64,000 nt of DNA, taken from IMG/VR virus record IMGVR_UViG_3300020463_001984, positions 12,017 to 76,016 of that record, one strand, 5' to 3'. The notes beneath the pieces are model-generated. The model searched no databases. It was not told the origin of the DNA and saw nothing but the letters and a program-made list of their open reading frames with translations. The DNA is from a virus. This document shows, one piece after another, positions 57,713 to 64,000 of this stretch. Made by a program: the position numbers and the translations under genes. Positions within the stretch are counted from its first letter, which is position 1. The number at the start of each line of letters is the position of its first letter.

Positions 57713-59302
57713 ATGAGCAATAAAAGTTTGGACGGTGTCTTAACCAAAAAAGCACACGTCAGAGATAAGTTCAGCAATGAACAAATAGAAGATTTACAAA
57801 AATGTTTAGATCCCGAGACAGGTTATCTATTCTTTTGTCAAAAATTCTTTAACATTCAACATCCTGTTGAAGGTAAGATGTTGTTCAATCCTTTTAAATA
57901 TCAAACTAAACTTTTAAACAGTTACCATAGCCATAGATTCAATGTTAATATGTTACCAAGACAAAGCGGAAAGACAACAACTGCCGCAGGTTATCTACTG
58001 TGGTATGCAATGTTTCATCCAGACCAAACTATACTAATTGCCGCACACAAATATTCAGGTGCACAAGAAATTATGCAACGTATTAGATATGGATATGAAT
58101 TATGTCCTGATCATATTAGGGCAGGAGTCACAAACTATAATAAAGGATCAATGGAGTTTGAAAATGGGAGCAGAATTGTTAGTGCTACAACTACTGGAAA
58201 TACTGGTAGGGGTATGTCTATTAGTTTACTATATTGTGATGAGTTTGCGTTCGTGAATCCAAGTATTGCAGATGAGTTTTGGACTTCGATATCTCCAACA
58301 TTAGCAACAGGTGGTCGTGCAATTATTACATCAACACCTAACAGTGATGAAGATACATTTGCAAGAATATGGAAAGACTCACAAAATAAATTTGACGAAC
58401 ATGGCGAAGAACAAATTATAGGGATAAATGGTTTCCATGGATTTACTGCCGCTTGGGACGAGCATCCTGATAGAGATGATGAATGGAAACAAAAAGAATT
58501 AGGACGAATAGGGGAAGAAAGATTCAGACGTGAGTATGGTTGTGAATTTTTAGTTTATGATGAAACACTTATAAGTTCGATAAAATTATCTCAACTAAAA
58601 GGTGTAGAACCTATTTTAAGAATGGGACAAACACGTTGGTACAAAAAGCCAACACCAGATTACAGTTATGCAGTTGCATTAGATCCTGCAATGGGTACAG
58701 GTGGAGATTATGCGGCCATACAAATATTTGAACTACCATCATATGAGCAAGTAGGAGAGTGGAGACATAATACTACTCCTATACCAGCACAAATAAGAAT
58801 ATTAAAAGATATATGTGATTATATAAAAGCAGAAACAAAGACAGAAAACAATAGTAACATATATTGGACAGTTGAAAACAATACAATTGGTGAAGCCTGT
58901 TTGATTGTAATTAATGATATGGGCGAAGAAAACATACCAGGACTGTTTGTAAGTGAGCCAATTAAAAAAGGACACATAAGAAAATTTAGGAAAGGATTTA
59001 ATACTACCCACAGAAGTAAAACAACTGCTTGTAGCAAACTAAAGAGTATGGTTGAAAACGATCATATGAAAGTTCACAGTGCACCTTTGATTACAGAACT
59101 TAAAGGATTTGTAGCCGCAGGTACTGGTTTCAAAGCAAAACCAGGTGAAAATGACGATTTAGTAAGTGCAACACTACTTGCTATACGTATGATGAATGTT
59201 ATGAAGGATTGGGATCCAAGGATATATCAAACCTTTAAAGCAGACGCAACAGACGAAGAAACAGTACCCCCAATGCCAATCTTCGTAAGTGGCATATATT
59301 AG
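57713..59302 (+). CDS. gp17: Terminase large subunit (T4 gp17-like)
   Basis: Walker A PRQSGKT, Walker B LLYCDEFAF, motif III ITSTPN, nuclease ALDPA.G.GGDY and DDLV. Confidence 0.95.
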   Translation: MSNKSLDGVLTKKAHVRDKFSNEQIEDLQKCLDPETGYLFFCQKFFNIQHPVEGKMLFNPFKYQTKLLNSYHSHRFNVNMLPRQSGKTTTAAGYLLWYAMFHPDQTILIAAHKYSGAQEIMQRIRYGYELCPDHIRAGVTNYNKGSMEFENGSRIVSATTTGNTGRGMSISLLYCDEFAFVNPSIADEFWTSISPTLATGGRAIITSTPNSDEDTFARIWKDSQNKFDEHGEEQIIGINGFHGFTAAWDEHPDRDDEWKQKELGRIGEERFRREYGCEFLVYDETLISSIKLSQLKGVEPILRMGQTRWYKKPTPDYSYAVALDPAMGTGGDYAAIQIFELPSYEQVGEWRHNTTPIPAQIRILKDICDYIKAETKTENNSNIYWTVENNTIGEACLIVINDMGEENIPGLFVSEPIKKGHIRKFRKGFNTTHRSKTTACSKLKSMVENDHMKVHSAPLITELKGFVAAGTGFKAKPGENDDLVSATLLAIRMMNVMKDWDPRIYQTFKADATDEETVPPMPIFVSGIY

Positions 59303-59314
59303 ATAAATATTTGT

Positions 59315-61723
59315 ATGATAAAACTTGATGTAATTGCACAGGATCTATTCAATAAGATTAGAGGACGTTTTCCGAGTATCACTATTGGTACGTCGGAAGG
59401 AACCGTTACCAACGATCCTAAAGAAGCAAGGTTTTTTGATTTTAATTTTAGAGAAGGCGCTAAAGTCAACGTAACATTAGATGATAAAAACTTAACAGTC
59501 ATGTATAATGATTCACTTATAGAAAAAGAATCAGACATGGTTAAAAAGGGTTGGTTTGACTTCATGAAAGAAATGAGGCAGTTCGCTAAAAAACGTATGT
59601 TGCAATTTGATACAAGAAATATAACTAAGAATAACTTAGACAAACGTGATTACGATTACCAAGTTAAAAACAGACCCGGAGAACAACAAATGAGTGAATC
59701 AACAATGTACGGAACTAGCAGAAATAGTATCCAGGATGTAGGCAATGCGAGAGTGCTTGTCAAACATTCAAGAGCAGTTAACCAGGAACAGCCTGGAGCA
59801 AGAACAAGAGACATCCACAGTTTATATGTAGAAAGTGGGGAAGGTGAAAGATTTAAATATCCGTTCAGACATTTGAATGGTGCTAGAGCAATGGCAAGAC
59901 ACGTTGCTGAAGGCGGAAATCAATATGACGACTTTGGAAAGTATATCGTTTCACTCAGCGAAGAACTTTCTAACTTACGTAAGTTTAAAACTTACATGAA
60001 TCGTTCAGCAGTAATGGCAGAGGGTCTACGTGATTACATGGGCGTTGTAAATGAAAGAATTGACACAGTAAAAGATACAATTCTTAAATTGCAAAAAGAA
60101 ACACATTACAAAGAATCATTCAAAGACTTTGCTCCGACAGTTAATGAAGAAGTTCCAGAAGATGTTTCAAACAGTTGGATTGATGAATTAACTATCAGAC
60201 AATTTAATGAAGACCTTAAGAGTGTGTTCCCTTACATTTACAAATTAGTAAGCGAAGCAAACAAAGTTAAAGAATTAGGTCCAGAGGATTTAGATGAAGG
60301 TCCTATCAGCGAAGATATGGTAGATGACTTAAAGGCAGAGATCGATAGATTAGCCAAAAAACCTAACAAGACCAAAGCAGAAAAAGATAAACTTGATCAA
60401 CTAGAAGATAGAATGGCTGATATCTCCGCTGACTTAGATGAAGTTTCAAGTATGGGCATGAACAAGTACGGACTTGCGGCAAGTAAGATTGGTGGTAAGT
60501 TTAAGTCTTATCAACATGGCGAACTTACAGGCGAGTTTGATTCAATGGAAGAATTACAAAAACATCAAATGGAACTTGTTAATAAGTCAGATGATAAAAA
60601 AGAAGCAAGTGGTCCAGAAGGATCATCAGAACCACACGCACACCAATTTGATATTGATGGCGACTATGATGAAGACAGAGGCATTTCAGATAAAGATTGT
60701 GAAGAAATGGAAATGGCTTGTAAGAAGGCTGGCATCGAATGTAAGTGCGAGCCAGATGAAATGCGTCAAGGTGGTATAATTGTTCATACAATGTCTGACA
60801 GAAAATCTGTAGGTGATGCTTTAGAAAAAGCAGGTTACGGTGTTAATGAAACTGTAATTGACCCAGCAGAAGACTTTGCTAATAGATTAAATTCAATTGT
60901 TCCAAAACATGATGAAGCAGAACAAGACGCAACTGAAGGTAATGAGTTTGCACAAAAAGTACGTGAACTTAAAGCCAAAGGTGCAAAGCCAGGAACTAAA
61001 TTTAAAACTTCAGATGGTGAAGAACATACGTTAGAACAAGCAATTACAAAAGTAGGTTTAAATGTAGAAGACTTTTTCACAGCAGAAGAACTTGCAACAG
61101 AAAATCCAATGACACAGGCAGACTTAGACAGTGAAAGATTTGGAGAGTTACATGACTTTGAAGAATTCAAAGATGCAGTAATGAGCGATATCGAAGATCC
61201 AAAAGGTGCATACGCAGGCAAAGACAAAAAAGAAATTATTGCTATGCTACGTAAAGAAGCAGACGGAATTGGATATGCTGATGTATCAGATGGAGATAGA
61301 CGTCCAGAAGAGCCAACTTGGTTAAACAAGATTGCTGACGATATGGAAAATGAAAAAACTCCTGATCAAACTGAAGAAGAAGATCCAGATACAGAGTTTA
61401 CAAGATGGCTTAAATCAAATTATAATAAATCTCCAAGAGATTTAAAAGGTGACGAATACGTAAAAATGTCAAAAGAGTTTCAAGCATCAAAGAAAAAAGA
61501 AGGTGACGAAATTGAAGAGCCTGAAATTGATTTAGAAGAATTTGTAAAAAGTTTATATGACTACACATCAAATAGTTTTCCAAAAGGTGAAACAGCAGTA
61601 CTAACAGCAGTAGAAAAGAAATACGGCGACAATGCTATGAAACCCGCGGCAGAAATGATGAAAGAGTTAGTAACAGGACAAGATCAAGAAATGGAGAGAA
61701 TCAAGAAATTAGCAGGTGTATAA
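59315..61723 (+). CDS. Large acidic hypothetical protein (putative processed head/internal protein)
   Basis: Ordered-looking N-terminal ~320 aa, then acidic modules; C-terminus RIKKLAGV; TAAATA-N5-ATG. Confidence 0.6.
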   Translation: MIKLDVIAQDLFNKIRGRFPSITIGTSEGTVTNDPKEARFFDFNFREGAKVNVTLDDKNLTVMYNDSLIEKESDMVKKGWFDFMKEMRQFAKKRMLQFDTRNITKNNLDKRDYDYQVKNRPGEQQMSESTMYGTSRNSIQDVGNARVLVKHSRAVNQEQPGARTRDIHSLYVESGEGERFKYPFRHLNGARAMARHVAEGGNQYDDFGKYIVSLSEELSNLRKFKTYMNRSAVMAEGLRDYMGVVNERIDTVKDTILKLQKETHYKESFKDFAPTVNEEVPEDVSNSWIDELTIRQFNEDLKSVFPYIYKLVSEANKVKELGPEDLDEGPISEDMVDDLKAEIDRLAKKPNKTKAEKDKLDQLEDRMADISADLDEVSSMGMNKYGLAASKIGGKFKSYQHGELTGEFDSMEELQKHQMELVNKSDDKKEASGPEGSSEPHAHQFDIDGDYDEDRGISDKDCEEMEMACKKAGIECKCEPDEMRQGGIIVHTMSDRKSVGDALEKAGYGVNETVIDPAEDFANRLNSIVPKHDEAEQDATEGNEFAQKVRELKAKGAKPGTKFKTSDGEEHTLEQAITKVGLNVEDFFTAEELATENPMTQADLDSERFGELHDFEEFKDAVMSDIEDPKGAYAGKDKKEIIAMLRKEADGIGYADVSDGDRRPEEPTWLNKIADDMENEKTPDQTEEEDPDTEFTRWLKSNYNKSPRDLKGDEYVKMSKEFQASKKKEGDEIEEPEIDLEEFVKSLYDYTSNSFPKGETAVLTAVEKKYGDNAMKPAAEMMKELVTGQDQEMERIKKLAGV

Positions 61724-61746
61724 GTTTTTAACTAAACATATATACA

Positions 61747-62319
61747 ATGCAATTAAATGATTTATTTCCAACTCCAGTACTAGTAGCAGACATAGACAAA
61801 CCAATTGCTGATGAAGTTGAATCAGCAGTAGTAAATCGTTTGGATAAACTTGCTAGACATAAAAATCAAAATAGTGATTTCCATGAACAGGATAAACTAT
61901 TGGATCTACCGCAAGACTTACCTAAACTTTATGACTTCTTTGTTACAGGACTAAACGCATTTAAAGAACGCACAGGTCTAAAAGCAGTACAACAACACTT
62001 TACATATTGGTATCAAGACTATCGTCAAGATGGAGATCATCACTCGAGACATAATCACGGTGTTGACGGAGTAAGCGGAATATATTGGGTAAGAGCAAAT
62101 GAAAAGGCTGGTCAAACAGTCTTTTATAATCCAAACAATGTTATGGAGTATGTACATCCTACTGAACAAACAAAGTATTGTAGTAATGAATTAGGGTTTC
62201 AACCACGTAAGGGTTGTTTACTTTTATTTCCGGCATACATGAATCATATGGTACTACCGAGTCCGAAAGAAGCAGTCAGAACGACCATTGCTTTTAATTT
62301 TGGACCAGGAGAAGTATAA
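61747..62319 (+). CDS. Putative 2OG-Fe(II) oxygenase
   Basis: LFPTP, HNH..SGIYW, LLLFP.Y..H.V, R..IAFN facial-triad pattern of the marine phage family. Confidence 0.8.
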   Translation: MQLNDLFPTPVLVADIDKPIADEVESAVVNRLDKLARHKNQNSDFHEQDKLLDLPQDLPKLYDFFVTGLNAFKERTGLKAVQQHFTYWYQDYRQDGDHHSRHNHGVDGVSGIYWVRANEKAGQTVFYNPNNVMEYVHPTEQTKYCSNELGFQPRKGCLLLFPAYMNHMVLPSPKEAVRTTIAFNFGPGEV

Positions 62320-62346
62320 TATACCATGTTTTTGGCACATTTACAC

Positions 62347-62375
62347 TTGACTTTATAAATAGTAGAGTGTAGTAT
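62347..62375 (+). promoter_or_regulatory. Nested promoters for SSB: TTGACT-N17-TAGTAT (sigma70) with TATAAATA (late) inside the spacer
   Basis: TTGACT 62347-62352, TATAAATA 62354-62361, TAGTAT 62370-62375. Confidence 0.6.
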
Positions 62376-62439
62376 ATAAACTGTGCTACATTAAACAGGC
62401 ACAAGCAACGAGGCTTAAAATTATAGGAGGCTTATTATT

Positions 62440-63432
62440 ATGGCAACATTAGCAGAAATTCGTGCAAAACTAAAAGACCAAGAGGTCAACAAAGGCGGTT
62501 CTAACAGAGGACCATCCGATAACGCAATCTACCCATTCTGGAATTTAAAAGAAGGTGAATCTTCAACGGTTCGTTTCTTGCCAGATGGCGACTCAACTAA
62601 CACTTTCTTTTGGAAAGAACGTTTGATGATCAAACTTCCGTTTGCAGGCATCAAAGGTGAGACTGACAGCAGACCTGTACAGGTACAAGTACCATGTATG
62701 GAAATGTATGGTGAGGCTTGTCCAATTCTTGCAGAAGTAAGAGGTTGGTTCAAGGATCCATCGTTAGAAGATCTTGGCAGAAAGTATTGGAAGAAAAGAA
62801 GTTATATCTTTCAAGGCTTTGTAACTGATAATGCATTACAGGAAGATGGAACTCCTGAAAATCCAATTAGACGTTTTATAATTGGACCACAGATTTTCCA
62901 ACTTATTAAAAGTGCGTTAATGGATCCAGACATGGAAGAGTTACCTACAGACTATACTTCTGGGGTAGACTTTAGAATTACTAAAACTTCAAAAGGCGGT
63001 TATGCAGATTATTCAACTTCAAGTTGGGCAAGACGTGAACGTCCGATTACTGAAGAAGAAAAAGCGGCAGTAGACAAGAATGGCTTGTTTAACTTGAACG
63101 ACTTTCTTCCTAAGCAACCAGGTGAAGTTGAAGTCAAGGTAATCAGTGAGATGTTTAGAGCATCTGTTGATGGTGAAGCATATGACACAGAGAAGTTTGG
63201 ACAATATTTCCGTCCAGCAGGTGTTAGTGCAAGGACAGGAGATCCAAATGCTCCTACTACTCCAAAAGCGGAAACACCAAAAACAACTGCTAGTGTAGAA
63301 ACTCCAGCACAGCCGGCTCCAGAGCCAGTTGCGGCAAAGGTTGAAGAAGCACCAGCGACAGCGACTGCAGAGTCTACAACTAACAATAAGGCGGAAGACA
63401 TTCTTGCAATGATCCGTTCGAGACAAGGCTAA
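62440..63432 (+). CDS. gp32: Single-stranded DNA-binding protein (T4 gp32-like)
   Basis: SD AGGAGG; VRFLP, C.E.YG..CP, ..YW.K..Y, G.DF.I.K..KGG.ADYS.S.; flexible tail; upstream of uvsX. Confidence 0.85.
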   Translation: MATLAEIRAKLKDQEVNKGGSNRGPSDNAIYPFWNLKEGESSTVRFLPDGDSTNTFFWKERLMIKLPFAGIKGETDSRPVQVQVPCMEMYGEACPILAEVRGWFKDPSLEDLGRKYWKKRSYIFQGFVTDNALQEDGTPENPIRRFIIGPQIFQLIKSALMDPDMEELPTDYTSGVDFRITKTSKGGYADYSTSSWARRERPITEEEKAAVDKNGLFNLNDFLPKQPGEVEVKVISEMFRASVDGEAYDTEKFGQYFRPAGVSARTGDPNAPTTPKAETPKTTASVETPAQPAPEPVAAKVEEAPATATAESTTNNKAEDILAMIRSRQG

Positions 63433-63442
63433 TAAACTTGTA

Positions 63443-63466
63443 GGGAGTGTGTTAATTCACACTCCC
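63443..63466 (+). terminator. Intergenic stem-loop between SSB and UvsX
   Basis: GGGAGTGTG-TTAATT-CACACTCCC; weak U tract. Confidence 0.5.
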
Positions 63467-63488
63467 ACTTGTTAAAGAAGGAGAAGTT

Positions 63489-64000
63489 ATGGCTAGTAAG
63501 GCATTTGACGTTTCTAAGTTTCGTAAAAACTTAACTAAATCTATTACAGGTATGAGTGCAGGATTTAACGATCCGACTGATTGGATTAGTACAGGTAACT
63601 ATGCACTCAATTATTTAATTAGTGGAGACTTTAATAAAGGTGTTCCTATGGGTAAGGTAACTGTATTTGCAGGCGAAAGTGGTGCAGGTAAAAGTTATAT
63701 ATGTGCAGGTAACATTGTAAAGGCGGCACAGGATCAAGGTATTTTTGTTGTTCTTATTGATAGTGAGAATGCATTAGATGAAAGTTGGTTACACGCCTTA
63801 GAAGTAGACACTACACCAGAAAAATTATTAAAACTTAATATGTCAATGATCGATGACGTTGCTAAAACTATTAGTACGTTTATGACAGACTATAGAGAAA
63901 CACCAGAAGAAGATAGACCTAAGGTGTTATTTGTTATTGATAGTTTGGGTATGTTACTAACACCTACTGATGTAGATCAGTTTAATAAAGGTGATATGAA
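63489..64000 (+). CDS. uvsX: RecA/UvsX recombinase (partial, runs off the window)
   Basis: SD AAGGAG. My translation gives MASKAFDVSKFRK...ISTGNYALNYLISG...GKVTVFAGESGAGKS...LIDSENALD...FVIDSLGML (Walker A and B). Confidence 0.93.
   Translation, partial: MASKAFDVSKFRKNLTKSITGMSAGFNDPTDWISTGNYALNYLISGDFNKGVPMGKVTVFAGESGAGKSYICAGNIVKAAQDQGIFVVLIDSENALDESWLHALEVDTTPEKLLKLNMSMIDDVAKTISTFMTDYRETPEEDRPKVLFVIDSLGMLLTPTDVDQFNKGDM

Noticed and set aside
61733-61749. TAAACA 8 nt before the 2OG oxygenase start as a late promoter
   Set aside because: It has a mismatch in the otherwise invariant core; too weak to call.
49583-63426. Short ORFs nested in or antisense to sheath, tube, terminase, the 802-aa protein and SSB (e.g. 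59299..59643, 60835..61329, 63009..63401)
   Set aside because: They overlap well-supported genes almost entirely and have no independent evidence.
1-64000. tRNA/rRNA genes, introns, inteins, stop-codon reassignment
   Set aside because: Intergenic gaps are short and show no cloverleaf signatures. The terminase is uninterrupted and of normal length, and long ORFs are intact under the standard code.

Overview
AT-rich, densely coding fragment of a large T4-superfamily (myovirus-type) phage genome, probably from an aquatic host (inferred). 1-28.5 kb and 33-41 kb hold a very large virion fibre/appendage module: paralogous giant mosaic proteins (947-2220 aa), small adaptor proteins, three Cys/Gly-rich paralogs and two tail-assembly-chaperone-like proteins. 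Embedded in it are sugar-modification genes: nitrilase, GT9-like glycosyltransferase, SGNH-like protein and carbamoyltransferase on +; cupin, HldD, HldE and NUDIX on -. These are followed by gp15/gp14/gp13-like neck and tail genes, dNMP kinase, tail sheath, tail tube, gp4-like head completion protein, terminases, acidic putative internal head proteins, a 2OG-Fe(II) oxygenase, gp32 SSB and the 5' part of UvsX. Non-obvious signals: (i) a T4-late-like TAAATA promoter placed exactly 5 nt before ATG at five genes (leaderless mRNAs), three of them behind an identical cUACGg terminator; (ii) apparent exclusion of AGCT and GCWGC, forcing unusual codons; (iii) phycobiliprotein-register CxRD helical domains and cupredoxin-type CxxHxxM sites inside virion fibre proteins; (iv) a triad of ~10% Cys polyglycine adhesin-like proteins; (v) a GC-rich structured leader at 5.3 kb. 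All calls come from reading motifs by eye; no searches were run.
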